DNA of 64,000 bases from a virus (lineage: Duplodnaviria > Caudoviricetes). The notes under the pieces were generated by a model. The model worked only from the letters and a program-made list of their open reading frames with translations. It was not told the DNA's origin and made no database searches. Below, in pieces: positions 1-10,653 of the stretch (position 1 is its first letter; every line of letters begins with the position of its first letter). The translations under genes were made by a program, and so were the position numbers. The stretch spans positions 1,965 through 65,964 of IMG/VR virus record IMGVR_UViG_3300031141_000005; one strand, written 5' to 3'.

Positions 1-2
1 AC

Positions 3-473
3 GGTATACCAGAATTTTCTGACATAATCAAGGCGAAGAACTTAGGTATGCGAGCTTTGATGTTCGTTGCTTACATGGCTGATTACGATTCCCCTTATAG
101 ACATTACACCGAGGCTGAAAGAGTGAGAGTTATCAGTAAGGATATGTTTGGCGACTATGAATGGAAAGGGTCGAAGGATAAACGAATGCCATTAGCTATT
201 CGTAAGTACATAGAACTAGAATACGATCCGTTGGAAGCACAACTTGCAGCGTTTAACGAGAAACTTGACGAGTATACTACACTCCTAGAAAATACTAAGA
301 TTAACATAGAGAATGCAGCCGACATACAGAAGGTCATGATCGGTGTAGAAAAAATCTTAGGCACTCGACAAAAACTTTTAGATGCCATCGAGCGTCGTGG
401 AGATAAGAAAACTATTGCTGGTAACAGAGAACTCAGTTACTTAGAGACACTTCAAAGCCAAGGTAATGCCTAA
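3..473 (+). CDS. Putative terminase small subunit (5'-truncated by window)
   Basis: Frame is open from base 3, upstream of the ATG at 48. Helical protein overlapping the TerL start; call based on position. Confidence 0.55.
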   Translation, partial: GIPEFSDIIKAKNLGMRALMFVAYMADYDSPYRHYTEAERVRVISKDMFGDYEWKGSKDKRMPLAIRKYIELEYDPLEAQLAAFNEKLDEYTTLLENTKINIENAADIQKVMIGVEKILGTRQKLLDAIERRGDKKTIAGNRELSYLETLQSQGNA

Positions 474-2265
474 TATAAAAAGTTACGCTCCTATAATTCA
501 TGGTGAAGTACCAGACTTAAGCCCAAATAGTATTGCGTTTAAGGAATTCTGGGACGAACAGATTAAAAGATGTAAAGAAGGATTCAAACCTAAAGGGATG
601 GATCGTATTACGGGTAAGCACTATTATTATTTAAATTTCTATAAAATTTTAGGTAGTACTGGAGAAAAAGGTAACTCCCGTAAAACTCTAATCTCTCCAT
701 GGTATCGAGATATGGATAAGTTGTACTTTGACTTATTTGATAGATGCAAGAGTGAAGAGAAAGGGATGATTGTTATTAAGGCTAGGGATAAGGGGTTCTC
801 TTACATGAACTCTGGTATCCTGGCACACGAATACACATTCTATCCATACAACCACGTAGGAGTCGCTGCGGGGCTACAAGTTACTGCTACATCATTCTTC
901 GATAAGGTAAAAGCAGGATTAAACAATCAACAGAGTAGTTTCAGACATTCCGTACTTAAGGATGGTGATGAGATACTAAGATCTGGTTATAAGATAAAAG
1001 ATAAAGAAGGTAAGTGGGGAACAGGAGGATTTCAGTCTGTTATACACTGCCGTACAATGAGTAACCCTGAAGTATATAAAGGTGAACGTTTAGCAGTAAT
1101 GGTATTCGAGGAAGCTGGTGAGTTCAAGGAGTTACTTAATGCTTACATGTCTTCTAAAGCTTGTTTCATGGATGGGGATGACCAATATGGTGTACCTATC
1201 ATTGGTGGAACGGGTGGAGATATTGAAGCAGCATCTAAAGATTTTATGGACATGTATTATAATGCAGAGGCTTATAACCTTATACCTCTGTTTATACCAG
1301 CATCTATGTGTTACCATGGCTTCTTTGACAAGGCTACTGGAATATCTGACGACGAAGGTGCGACAAAAGCCCTCATGCTACGGCGAGAGCAACTTAGAGC
1401 CGCAGGAAACCAGAAAGGTTTCAATCTTGAACTTCAGAATTATCCATTATCCGTCGAAGAAGCTTTCTTACAAACTAAGAACTCTAAGTTTAACGTTGCG
1501 AACATAAACGCACAGAGAAGTGAGATACTTAGTAATGAATCATTACAAGGTCAGATACAAGTAGGTGATCTTGACTGGGACGATTCTGGATATGGAGTTA
1601 AGTTTACGCTTAACAAACATGGAGCGTATAAAATACTAGCTCACCCTCGCACGGACCTTAAAGGATTAGACATCGGAGGTATTGATAGTTATGATCAAGA
1701 TGAATCAACTACAGACTCTTTAGGTAGTGCGCTGATTTACAGACGTTTCTATAATACGGATATTGCAAGTGACTACGTCATAGCAGATTACACCGAAAGA
1801 CCTAAGACTGCAGAAGAGTTTTGGGATGGTTGTTTAAAACTTGCTGTATATTATGAGGCTTCTATGTTAGTGGAATATACCAGGATAGGTATTATTGGTT
1901 ACTTCCAAAGAGAAGGGATGACTAAGTACTTAAAAGAAAGACCCGCAACAGCTCACTCCCCTAAGACTAAAAACAAAAACAAGTATGGTATTCAAATGAA
2001 TAAGCATACTAAGGCTGTTATGGAGCAATTTATGAACAAATACATAGAAGAAGACTGTGAGGATATTTGGTTTATAGAATTATTAGACGAGCTGGCTAAC
2101 TATGGGTTGAGAAACACGGATAGGGCTATAGCCTTCGGTTTGTGCTTGATTCATGATATAGATTTATACGATAAAGCAGTGAACAAAGACGTGAGTAAAA
2201 ATGAATCGTTAGGTTTCGTATATTACAAGCGCGTAAATGGACGTTTAATCCCATATAAAAACTAA
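466..2265 (+). CDS. terL: Terminase large subunit
   Basis: KARDKGFS Walker A-like motif, VFEEAGE Walker B, GGTGG coupling motif and RNase H-like GGIDSYD nuclease motif; crAss-type TerL. Confidence 0.95.
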   Translation: MPNIKSYAPIIHGEVPDLSPNSIAFKEFWDEQIKRCKEGFKPKGMDRITGKHYYYLNFYKILGSTGEKGNSRKTLISPWYRDMDKLYFDLFDRCKSEEKGMIVIKARDKGFSYMNSGILAHEYTFYPYNHVGVAAGLQVTATSFFDKVKAGLNNQQSSFRHSVLKDGDEILRSGYKIKDKEGKWGTGGFQSVIHCRTMSNPEVYKGERLAVMVFEEAGEFKELLNAYMSSKACFMDGDDQYGVPIIGGTGGDIEAASKDFMDMYYNAEAYNLIPLFIPASMCYHGFFDKATGISDDEGATKALMLRREQLRAAGNQKGFNLELQNYPLSVEEAFLQTKNSKFNVANINAQRSEILSNESLQGQIQVGDLDWDDSGYGVKFTLNKHGAYKILAHPRTDLKGLDIGGIDSYDQDESTTDSLGSALIYRRFYNTDIASDYVIADYTERPKTAEEFWDGCLKLAVYYEASMLVEYTRIGIIGYFQREGMTKYLKERPATAHSPKTKNKNKYGIQMNKHTKAVMEQFMNKYIEEDCEDIWFIELLDELANYGLRNTDRAIAFGLCLIHDIDLYDKAVNKDVSKNESLGFVYYKRVNGRLIPYKN

Positions 2266-2273
2266 GAAAAACG

Positions 2274-4526
2274 ATGAGTGGTTTCCCTAAACAATTCATA
2301 CCCGATAGCGAGAAAACGCAAGAGTGGTGTGAGAAGAACATAAATGCTGTAACTAAATTTCTAGAAAACTCTAGCGGTGAAGGTCTTTCTATGTCAGATA
2401 AAGACACGCTTAACTACAAGACATATAACGGAGATTTAGAGTATGAGGACTACTCTTATATAACAGAGCAGTACAATCTTCCTTCTCCAGCTACTATGGC
2501 TAACTATCCTATCACTAGGAATAAGATTGACATACTAACCAATGAGGATTTAGAGAGACCTTTAGATAAAAACGTCTCAGCTATAAACCTAGAAGCTGCT
2601 CTTCGTAGAGAAAAGTTTAAGGTTTCTATTATAGCTAATAAATTACTTGCTGAAATAAATTCAGAAGTAGAGGGTCAGTTTGGTATGGAATTAGAGATGG
2701 ATAACAAGGACTTTCCGATTCCTGATGACATCGACCTATTCATGCGTTACGAATATAAAGAGGTTATTGAAGAATGTGTAAACGACGGACTTGACTATAT
2801 AGTTGAGAAACAGAGACTTAAGGGTTTATTTAAAGAAGGTTTTAGGGATCTATTAATTTCAGCAAAAGAATTCTACAGAATATACATCAAAGATGGTGAC
2901 CCACATGTTCGTAGAGTTGATCCTAGAAACTTTATATACGACAAATCTATATCTACAGATTTCTTAGACGATGCTCAATGGGCTGGTGAAGAGAGATGGC
3001 TTTCTGTAAATGAAGTACTTGATGAGTATAGAGATGAGTTAGATGAGGACGACGTTAGACAACTTGAGGATATGCGTCAAGCAACTACTGACGACTTAAG
3101 TAGATTTAATAGTAGTATTGATTGGGTTGATATAGACGATAACAAATCTTCTAAGATTAGAGTGTTATCCGCTGAATGGAAATCCATCAAAGGAATAAAC
3201 TTTAAGGTCTCAGAAAATAAACACGACCCAGCCAATCCTTTTAAGAAGATGGTTAAGGATGGTTATAAGCCTAGAAAAAACGAAAAAGTTGAAACTAGAT
3301 TCGTAGATGATATTTGGGAAGGTACTTGTATTGGAGGTAAGGTTTACGTTCAATGTCGTAGAAGACCTAATCAAGTTAGATCTGTAGATGATGCAGGTTC
3401 TACTCCATTATCTTACGTAGGTGTAGTTTACAATCATACTACTGGTAAACCAACCAGTCTAGTTGACTTATTGAAGCATATACAAATGCTTTATAATATT
3501 ACTATGTACCATATTGAACTTACCATGGCTCGTGCTGGTGGTAAAGCTGTAGTATATGATGTTGCACAAATGCCTACCAATCTTGGCATGGACATGCAAG
3601 AAGTTATGTACCACATCAAGAACGATGGTATAATCCCTATAAACTCTAAAGACGAAGAGGGTGAAGCTCACTCTTTTAATCAGTTCGGTCAAGTTGACTT
3701 TACCTTATCCGCTTCTGTTCAGCAGTTGATAAACTTAAAGGTTATGCTTGAGCAGACTGCAGGTCAAATATCTGGAGTATCTCCTCAACGAGAAGGTGCT
3801 GTAGGTCAATATGAATACGTTGGGAATGTGCAACGTTCTGTTGTGCAATCATCCTTATCTACCAAAGGATGGTTCTATGTCCATGGCGAGGTTAAAAAGC
3901 GTGTACTGGAGCGAGTAGCTAACCTTATGAAGGTTGCTTGGGCTGGTGGAAAGAAAGCTGCATTCATATTAGGCGATCAAGGGTATAGATTCCTTGAAGT
4001 TCTTCCTGACGTTGCTTTGAATGACTACGGTATATTCATTGGTGATTCTGGTAAAGACGATGCTCTTAAACAAGTTGTTCAACAGATGTCTCAATCTGCT
4101 TTACAGTCAGGTACTATTAGTTTACTAGATACTATTAAAGTTCTTAAGGCTGATACAATGACTGAAGCTCAACATGTCCTTGAACAAGGAATGGAGGCTA
4201 TGCAGAAACAACAAGCCGAGATGCAACAACAGCAACAGCAAATGCAACAAGCTGAGGCTGAAGGCAAACAAGCTGAGATGGAAGGTAAGATGAATCTTAT
4301 GCAAATGGAGATTGATGGGAAGATTAAAGTTGCTGAGATAGCTGCAGAAGCTAGAGTAACATCTCAAGAGATAGCTTCAGATGCTGATAGAGACATAGAG
4401 GATGTTAGAGAGAAAAACAAAGTTTCTTTAGAGACTGTTAAGGCAGATCATAGTTCTCAACAAGCTAAAGATAAGGCTGTAACGGACAAAGAAATAGCGT
4501 CAGTAAAAGGTACGGTTAAAAAGTAA
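2274..4526 (+). CDS. Portal protein
   Basis: 750 aa, directly after TerL; crAss-like N-terminus (FPKQ...EKT.EW), RRVDPR motif and Q-rich coiled-coil C-terminus. Confidence 0.9.
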   Translation: MSGFPKQFIPDSEKTQEWCEKNINAVTKFLENSSGEGLSMSDKDTLNYKTYNGDLEYEDYSYITEQYNLPSPATMANYPITRNKIDILTNEDLERPLDKNVSAINLEAALRREKFKVSIIANKLLAEINSEVEGQFGMELEMDNKDFPIPDDIDLFMRYEYKEVIEECVNDGLDYIVEKQRLKGLFKEGFRDLLISAKEFYRIYIKDGDPHVRRVDPRNFIYDKSISTDFLDDAQWAGEERWLSVNEVLDEYRDELDEDDVRQLEDMRQATTDDLSRFNSSIDWVDIDDNKSSKIRVLSAEWKSIKGINFKVSENKHDPANPFKKMVKDGYKPRKNEKVETRFVDDIWEGTCIGGKVYVQCRRRPNQVRSVDDAGSTPLSYVGVVYNHTTGKPTSLVDLLKHIQMLYNITMYHIELTMARAGGKAVVYDVAQMPTNLGMDMQEVMYHIKNDGIIPINSKDEEGEAHSFNQFGQVDFTLSASVQQLINLKVMLEQTAGQISGVSPQREGAVGQYEYVGNVQRSVVQSSLSTKGWFYVHGEVKKRVLERVANLMKVAWAGGKKAAFILGDQGYRFLEVLPDVALNDYGIFIGDSGKDDALKQVVQQMSQSALQSGTISLLDTIKVLKADTMTEAQHVLEQGMEAMQKQQAEMQQQQQQMQQAEAEGKQAEMEGKMNLMQMEIDGKIKVAEIAAEARVTSQEIASDADRDIEDVREKNKVSLETVKADHSSQQAKDKAVTDKEIASVKGTVKK

Positions 4527-4534
4527 TATATTTG
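4527..4534 (+). promoter_or_regulatory. Bacteroidota -7 promoter element TATATTTG upstream of scaffold/MCP genes
   Basis: Intergenic match to TAnnTTTG; the same 8-mer recurs at 32279, 42491 and 53748(-). No clear -33 element. Confidence 0.5.
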
Positions 4535-4558
4535 TAGCGGGAAATAAAAGCAAACATT

Positions 4559-5581
4559 ATGGCAAACGAAGGAAGTAGTATTATCGATGAGGTTGAAAAC
4601 ACCTCTACCGAATCACAAGAAGTTGGAACGTCAGCATTTGACGCTTCCGCTTTTATGGATGGTGCGGAGATAGCAAAAGAAGAAGTAGAAGTAGAAGAAA
4701 CCTCTAAGGAGGTAGTTTCAGAAACAACCAATACAGATGATGACTCATCTGAGGACGTTGAAGAAGATGATGGATTCTCTTGGGATCAGATCGAAACAGC
4801 TAAAGAAGAGGAACCTGAAGAGGAGACTCCTGAAGCTGTAGTAGAAGATGATAACTGGGATGAAGCTAACGCTGAAACTGAAGCAGAAACTACTGACATC
4901 GATTGGGGTGAGATAGGAACTGAAATAGGTATTGAAGCTGCGACGAGAGAAGAGCTTATAGCTAAAGTAAAGGAAGCTGTCAAGCCTGCTGTAAATGATA
5001 ACGATGTTATCACAAACCTTAAAGGGTTTCTAGAAATGACCGACAAGGATTTAGTTATCGCTGATATGCGAGCAGCTAAATACGAGAAGGAATACATTGA
5101 AGATACTGTAGATAGGTTAGAAGACTCTGGGTTGATGAAAAGAGAAGCTACGATGATTCGTCAGCAACTTAATAAGCACGTTCATTCTGAACAAGACAGA
5201 ATAAGAACTGAAAACAAAGAGACTAAAGACAAAGAAACTAATGAAGCTGCTCAGTCTAAGAAAGACTTACAGAAGTTCATAAAAGGTAAGGACGACTTCT
5301 TCGGAGGTAAGGTCACTACTTTAGAAAAGAAGACATTATATAACTACATCACAAAAGGTGATTTCGCTGGAGATATATTTAAATCTCATGCCAATGTTGC
5401 GGAGGCTGCATTTCTTTGGCGAAACAAGGATAAGATTTTCAAAATGGTTCGTTCGCAAGGCGTTGAACAAGGGAAATCTAAAGTTCTTGACTCTATTACA
5501 TCACCTAGTAGTGGAAACAGAAGCTCTAAAAGCTTTAAGTCCTCAGATAAAGGATTTAATCCTAATAAGTTTATGTCGTAG
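4559..5581 (+). CDS. Acidic scaffold-like protein upstream of MCP (conserved crAss-like gene)
   Basis: Very acidic N-terminal half and helical C-terminal half; lies between portal and MCP. Confidence 0.65.
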   Translation: MANEGSSIIDEVENTSTESQEVGTSAFDASAFMDGAEIAKEEVEVEETSKEVVSETTNTDDDSSEDVEEDDGFSWDQIETAKEEEPEEETPEAVVEDDNWDEANAETEAETTDIDWGEIGTEIGIEAATREELIAKVKEAVKPAVNDNDVITNLKGFLEMTDKDLVIADMRAAKYEKEYIEDTVDRLEDSGLMKREATMIRQQLNKHVHSEQDRIRTENKETKDKETNEAAQSKKDLQKFIKGKDDFFGGKVTTLEKKTLYNYITKGDFAGDIFKSHANVAEAAFLWRNKDKIFKMVRSQGVEQGKSKVLDSITSPSSGNRSSKSFKSSDKGFNPNKFMS

Positions 5582-5630
5582 TGATATGATGAATTAATTA
5601 ACTAATTTTTAACTAAAACACTCAGAAAAA

Positions 5631-7094
5631 ATGAGAGTATACAACGCTAAATACGATGCAGAGTACAACACTGTAGACAATTCTCTAACGGCTAACTTAT
5701 TAAAGTACCCAGAGATTGCAAAAAAAGTAATCGAGCTTTATCCTCGATACACAACAACTTACCTATTAGAGAAGTTAGGCTTCGGTGCTGGTGAAAAAGT
5801 ACTAGGAGACAACTCTTTTGAATGGAAGTCTATGGCTCGCTATAGAAGTAAGCAATTACTTGAGACTGCTGTAGATAACAGTAGTACAAATGTAGCTGTT
5901 GGTGATTCTGATACTGCTATCGAAATTACAGATACAGCAACTTCACCTTGTATGATTAACGCTAACGATATTATTCGTTTGTCTGATGGTTCTCAATACC
6001 ATGTAACAGAGGTAGGTGCTTTAGCTTCAGCTAAAAGAGTTCTTACTACTAGAGCTTTAACTGTTTCTACTGCTTCATTATCTGCTGATTCTGTTGTTGC
6101 TGTAATTGGTAACGCATTTGCTGAAGGTTCTTTAGGTGGTACAGTTGGTGAAGGATATGCTTATCCTGAAACACGTAAGAACTGGTTAACAATTTCTCGT
6201 AAGAAATTAGTTATCGATGCTCGTGACTTAACTGATGTTACTTGGGTAGAACACAATGGACACCGTCTATGGTTCTTTACTAAGGAACAACAAACTGAAG
6301 CTCAATTCATGTATGACTTAGAAGTTATGCGTTGGTTCGGTAAAGCTTCTGTTGCTCAATACACTGCCTCTTCTGTAGGTTCTAACGCTTCTTCTATTGA
6401 TCCTTCTGTGCCTATTATTGGTGATGGTTTGTTAGCTCAAATCTCTTCATCTAACGTAATGACTTACGAAGAAGATGCAGATTTAACTGAAGATGCATTA
6501 GTAGAGTTTATTGGTCAGTTGTCGTTGAACGCTCAAAATGTTACTGGTAACGAATACGTAGTATTCACAGGAACACAAGGGAAGATTCAATTCCACAAAG
6601 CAATGAAGGATTTATTATTCTCTTCTGGAACAAACGCTTCTTCTGTATTGGTTGATAAAGCTGGTCAAGATGTGGCGGTTGGTGCTAACTTTAGTACTTA
6701 CACATGCTTAGGTAATAAGATTACTTTAGCTCACTGTCCAGTATTTGATGATCCGAATATTGCTGCTGCTCCAGGTTATTCTGCAGGTTCTGAGATTGTA
6801 TCTGCAGGCGGAGGATTCCGTGGTGCTAACTTATCAGGTCTTATGGTATTCTTAGATATGGGTGTAAACCAAGGTGTTGCAAACATTGAATTGATTGCTA
6901 AAGGTGCTGAGGGAATGAACCGTAACTGGGTTAAGAAATATGTACCAGGAATGATTAATCCTTACGACTCTAAGTCTATGCTTGCCGCTTCTGGTGATGA
7001 TAGATTTGAATGTCACTGGTTAACTCAATCAGGTATCATTGTTCGTAATCCACTTTCTTGTGGTATTTTCAAACCAACTGGATTGGTAATATAA
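5631..7094 (+). CDS. Major capsid protein
   Basis: 487 aa, canonical crAss-like position, strongly biased codon use, followed by a UUCG hairpin; C-terminal GIIVRNPLSCG. Confidence 0.88.
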   Translation: MRVYNAKYDAEYNTVDNSLTANLLKYPEIAKKVIELYPRYTTTYLLEKLGFGAGEKVLGDNSFEWKSMARYRSKQLLETAVDNSSTNVAVGDSDTAIEITDTATSPCMINANDIIRLSDGSQYHVTEVGALASAKRVLTTRALTVSTASLSADSVVAVIGNAFAEGSLGGTVGEGYAYPETRKNWLTISRKKLVIDARDLTDVTWVEHNGHRLWFFTKEQQTEAQFMYDLEVMRWFGKASVAQYTASSVGSNASSIDPSVPIIGDGLLAQISSSNVMTYEEDADLTEDALVEFIGQLSLNAQNVTGNEYVVFTGTQGKIQFHKAMKDLLFSSGTNASSVLVDKAGQDVAVGANFSTYTCLGNKITLAHCPVFDDPNIAAAPGYSAGSEIVSAGGGFRGANLSGLMVFLDMGVNQGVANIELIAKGAEGMNRNWVKKYVPGMINPYDSKSMLAASGDDRFECHWLTQSGIIVRNPLSCGIFKPTGLVI

Positions 7095-7099
7095 TTTAT

Positions 7100-7123
7100 A
7101 TGCGCCCCTTCGGGGGCGTATTT
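7100..7123 (+). terminator. Intrinsic terminator/stabilising hairpin after MCP
   Basis: ATGCGCCCC-TTCG-GGGGCGTAT followed by a short T run. Confidence 0.75.
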
Positions 7124-7143
7124 AACCTTTAAATAAAAAAGAA

Positions 7144-7596
7144 ATGGCTGACGTAGTAGACGGCAATAGAGAATACTCAATCGGTAGAAGTGGAAACTAC
7201 TTAACCCGAAGGTGTAAAACATTGCTAAATATAATTGAACCATCATTAGTTAGTAATGCTATAGTATTAACAGAAGAAATGACGGGTGCTATGGTATTCT
7301 TACCAGACTCTTCGGCTGATACTGATGTTATTACTTTACCTCCAGACTGCTTAAACGGTACGAGTTTTACTTTTATCTTCGCAGCAGATCTAACTAGCAC
7401 ATACGTTATGGCTGGTACATTTGTAGGACAAATCCAAGATGGGACTGGACTTCAAGACGTAACCGCTGGAGTCTCTGTAAGCTTCTTGAAGACTGCAGTA
7501 ATGGCAGGGGATAGAATTGAGTGCATCCAACTTAACGGTACTTGGTACTTGAATGGACAGTTTATTACAGCGGCAGCAATGTCTGCAGCATCGTAA
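7144..7596 (+). CDS. Putative auxiliary capsid/decoration protein
   Basis: Beta-rich 150-aa protein between two terminators right after MCP (ITLP...G..FTF, GDRIEC...WY). Confidence 0.5.
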   Translation: MADVVDGNREYSIGRSGNYLTRRCKTLLNIIEPSLVSNAIVLTEEMTGAMVFLPDSSADTDVITLPPDCLNGTSFTFIFAADLTSTYVMAGTFVGQIQDGTGLQDVTAGVSVSFLKTAVMAGDRIECIQLNGTWYLNGQFITAAAMSAAS

Positions 7597-7607
7597 TAAA
7601 ATTACTT

Positions 7608-7638
7608 AAACACACCTCTTCGGGGGTGTGTTTTTATT
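7608..7638 (+). terminator. Intrinsic terminator
   Basis: AAACACACCTC-TTCG-GGGGTGTGTTT followed by TTATT. Confidence 0.85.
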
Positions 7639-7665
7639 AAAAAGCAAACAATTAAAAGCAAGGAT

Positions 7666-8334
7666 ATGAAAAGTTACAATTTTGTAAAGTACGAGTTTCA
7701 CGACTCAAAAACATTTGGATTTTACATCTTTTCCAATTACAAGAAATCAAACGGAAAGAGAGTTAAATATTTAGATATTAACGGAGAGCCTGGTATTATC
7801 AAGTGGATAGACCCTGTTGCTATGTTAGATTTAGATAATGAAGGTCATGCCTTAATGGATGAATTCTTAAAAGGTCACCCAGCAGTTAGGTCTAATGAAT
7901 GGACTCGTGTAGACTTAAAAGCACAAGAGAGAAGAGAAACAACAGATACTCTAGATTCAGCAAGAGCTGTAATTCAAGCTGCTAAGATGACTGACAAGGA
8001 GGTTATTCAATTTGCTACATTAAAGCGAATGAATTTACATTCTGACTTAGACGTTTTAAGAGCTAAGATTATAACTATAGCACAGAACGGTCCTGAATCT
8101 TTCATGGAGACATTCTTTGATCCAGAGAAAGACTTAAGAGTGTTTATTGTGGATGCTGTAAGAGAAAAGAAGCTAAATTACAAGAACAGTACTTATTACT
8201 ACGGTAAAGAGGCTATCGGAACCAACGAGGAACAGGTACTAGTTTGGTTAAAAGATAACAAAGATATTTTAGCTATCTTGAAGCATGAATTGAGAGGCGA
8301 TAAAGAGCCTACTAAAAAAACAAGTAAAGCTTAG
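7666..8334 (+). CDS. Conserved crAss-like structural-module protein
   Basis: Position downstream of MCP, as in Crassvirales; no function assignable. Confidence 0.55.
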   Translation: MKSYNFVKYEFHDSKTFGFYIFSNYKKSNGKRVKYLDINGEPGIIKWIDPVAMLDLDNEGHALMDEFLKGHPAVRSNEWTRVDLKAQERRETTDTLDSARAVIQAAKMTDKEVIQFATLKRMNLHSDLDVLRAKIITIAQNGPESFMETFFDPEKDLRVFIVDAVREKKLNYKNSTYYYGKEAIGTNEEQVLVWLKDNKDILAILKHELRGDKEPTKKTSKA

Positions 8335-8336
8335 AA

Positions 8337-8939
8337 ATGACTGAAGGTACAGCAAGAAATAGAGTAAGGTTAATCACCGATAGAGAGGATGTTGCGTACT
8401 TTACAGACGCTGAGATGGATGGCTTTTTAGCTATGGCTGTTGATGAGTTTGTTAGTCAATACTACACTTCATTTGAGGTTGATCAGAATTCTAGAGATAA
8501 GTTACAGAAGATTGTATTTTCTCGTACTATTTCTGTGTCTGATACATCAGCTTATTCTGTTTCTAGTTTAGTAGATGATGCAAGCACTCCAGTAGCAAAT
8601 TACTCTAAGATGCTTTCTATGGTTATGTCTAATTCTCCATTTAAAAGAGTTAAGATTGTTCAGTTATCAGACTTGTCTGCATATCTAGATGATCCTTTTA
8701 ATAAAGCTGACGCAAACAACCCAGTAGCATACTTATCAGGAGATAAGATATATACTAAAGGTTTATCAGCTTCAACATCAATAGATGTTAAGTATCTAAG
8801 CGATACTACCTTAATAACAGATTTAAGTAACCATACACACGAAGAAGTGTGTCAGGTTGCAGCTCGTAAGATTCTAGCGACTTTGGGAGACGTTAGATAC
8901 CAGGCAATCCAATCGGAGATTGCTGAAAGACGAGTTTAA
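8337..8939 (+). CDS. Head-tail ring/adaptor protein
   Basis: F...E.D.FL..A N-terminal helices and C-terminal HEEVCQVAA, typical of P22 gp4-like ring proteins. Confidence 0.65.
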   Translation: MTEGTARNRVRLITDREDVAYFTDAEMDGFLAMAVDEFVSQYYTSFEVDQNSRDKLQKIVFSRTISVSDTSAYSVSSLVDDASTPVANYSKMLSMVMSNSPFKRVKIVQLSDLSAYLDDPFNKADANNPVAYLSGDKIYTKGLSASTSIDVKYLSDTTLITDLSNHTHEEVCQVAARKILATLGDVRYQAIQSEIAERRV

Positions 8940-8969
8940 AGATGCTTTTTGCTCCCTGCTTTCTTAACC

Positions 8970-9008
8970 GAGGGGCGATGTAGCTTATGCTTACTTCGTC
9001 CCTCTTTT
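8970..9008 (+). terminator. Possible terminator/attenuator hairpin
   Basis: GAGGGGCGA...TCGTCCCTC followed by TTTT, intergenic. Confidence 0.55.
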
Positions 9009-9019
9009 AAATTAACACA

Positions 9020-9661
9020 ATGGCAACATTAAAAGAAATAGCGTACAACATTAAGAATTTAGTATCTGGAGGGGTTGGATCTGATGATTCGGATATAGAC
9101 TTACGACAGATAAAGTTTATGATACATTATCATAGAGCTAATCTATTAATGCAGTATACTGATAACGGAAGGAAGACTTCTGACATCATATACCAAACAG
9201 ACGTTTTAAGCAACAGTTCTAGTGGAGTTGAACTTAAGTCTGTTTTAGGATTTAATGAAGACAGAGCTATACGAGAAGTATCCCTAAAGGATAGTACGGC
9301 TATTGACTCAGACTACGAGATACTTCAGTTAGTTAAACATGCAGATAGGTCGTTTGTAAGTCAAGCTAGGTTTGTTAAAAAGTCTAGTAGAAAGATAGCT
9401 ACTAGAGAGAATGATAAGATGTATGTTTGGGAGGGAGATTCTCTAGTTTCAGATGGAATTCTTTCAGTTAAGGCTGCTTACTCAAACCCTACAGAGGTTA
9501 CTGGATTCAATGAAGAAACTTCTACTTATCCTATTCCAGAAGAATTGATTAGTGTACTAGTTAAGCAGGTAGCTGAGTTAGAGTTTACTATAATCATAGG
9601 ATCTCAAGGAGCGAGACCTAACAATCAGACAGATGAGCAAACTAAATCTAAGGAAATATAA
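9020..9661 (+). CDS. Tail ring protein
   Basis: MATLKEIAYNI...IKFMIHYHRA...NP...YPIP pattern seen in crAss-like ring proteins. Confidence 0.6.
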   Translation: MATLKEIAYNIKNLVSGGVGSDDSDIDLRQIKFMIHYHRANLLMQYTDNGRKTSDIIYQTDVLSNSSSGVELKSVLGFNEDRAIREVSLKDSTAIDSDYEILQLVKHADRSFVSQARFVKKSSRKIATRENDKMYVWEGDSLVSDGILSVKAAYSNPTEVTGFNEETSTYPIPEELISVLVKQVAELEFTIIIGSQGARPNNQTDEQTKSKEI

Positions 9662-10067
9662 ACACAAGTACACAAGTATAAAGGATATATTTCAATCTAT
9701 AAAGAGGTCAGTAAGAGTTAAAAGCGAAAGAGGTAGTAGGATGTTGGAATACACAGAGTACTACTCCATCATTGAGGCGTACCTAATAGAGGTGTCTAAG
9801 GTTGTTGCTGAAGAAAGAGAGGTATATAAGCTTCCTAGGAAAATGGGAAAGCTATACGTCAAAAAAGAAAAGCACATAAGACCATTTCACGTTAGGTTAG
9901 ATATGATAGAATCAGAAAGGACGGGTGTTAGAGTTTACTATAAAGTCCCCATACTAGATGACTTCTACAATAAGCTTCTTTGGGAGAGGCCTAAGAAATA
10001 CAAAAAGTATAAAGCCTTACCTTTGAGTAGGCTTAAAGAGCTTATAAACGAAACTAAAGAGTACTAG
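9633..10067 (+). CDS. IHF-like basic protein of crAss-like tail module
   Basis: YKLPRKMGKLYVKK IHF/HU-like segment; position just before the tail tubular gene. Confidence 0.6.
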   Translation: MSKLNLRKYKHKYTSIKDIFQSIKRSVRVKSERGSRMLEYTEYYSIIEAYLIEVSKVVAEEREVYKLPRKMGKLYVKKEKHIRPFHVRLDMIESERTGVRVYYKVPILDDFYNKLLWERPKKYKKYKALPLSRLKELINETKEY

Positions 10068-10068
10068 A

Positions 10069-10650
10069 ATGAAAGGTCAATTAAGGATAAGTGTAAAACA
10101 AGTCGTGTCTTCTGTTATACGTAATTTAGGTATACAGGATGCAGCAATGAGGTTTCACGACTTCGTTGAATGGGCTTTTGAAGCAGAGAGAAAGATAGGT
10201 TCATACGTAACCTTCGATAAGAAGATTGCTAAACTAGCATTCAAAGATAAGAGAGCTTTACTGCCAGATGACTTTATTAACATGATACAAGTCAAAGGCT
10301 TGGACGGTGTAAACACCTATTCTTCAGGTGGTTATATTAATGCTGACATATCAGACAAGGAATTAGATTTAGAGTACGAGGCTATATCAGTGGATGACGA
10401 AGGTTATCCTACTATAGCTTCTAGCCATGAAGACGCTGTATCTCATTATCTTATGTATAAGTATAAAGCTAAGGATTATTACAATGGTAAAATCCCTAGA
10501 TATATATACAAAGACATGAAGAATGAATGGGGTAGGTTATGCGGGCAAGCTAGAGGTAATGACAATATGCCTACAAAGCAACAGTGGAATAGTATTTCTA
10601 AATACTGGAACACTCTTACTCCGACTAAGAACCAACGTAACTTATTTTAA
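10069..10650 (+). CDS. Tail tubular/ring protein (P22 gp4-like)
   Basis: EWAFEA..KIG, LPDDF and Y.AI.VDDEGYP.I motifs; precedes the stabilisation gene. Confidence 0.7.
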   Translation: MKGQLRISVKQVVSSVIRNLGIQDAAMRFHDFVEWAFEAERKIGSYVTFDKKIAKLAFKDKRALLPDDFINMIQVKGLDGVNTYSSGGYINADISDKELDLEYEAISVDDEGYPTIASSHEDAVSHYLMYKYKAKDYYNGKIPRYIYKDMKNEWGRLCGQARGNDNMPTKQQWNSISKYWNTLTPTKNQRNLF

Positions 10651-10653
10651 AAG

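Noticed and set aside
466-7094. Introns or inteins in TerL, portal or MCP
   Set aside because: The ORFs are continuous, of normal length, and show no intein motifs.
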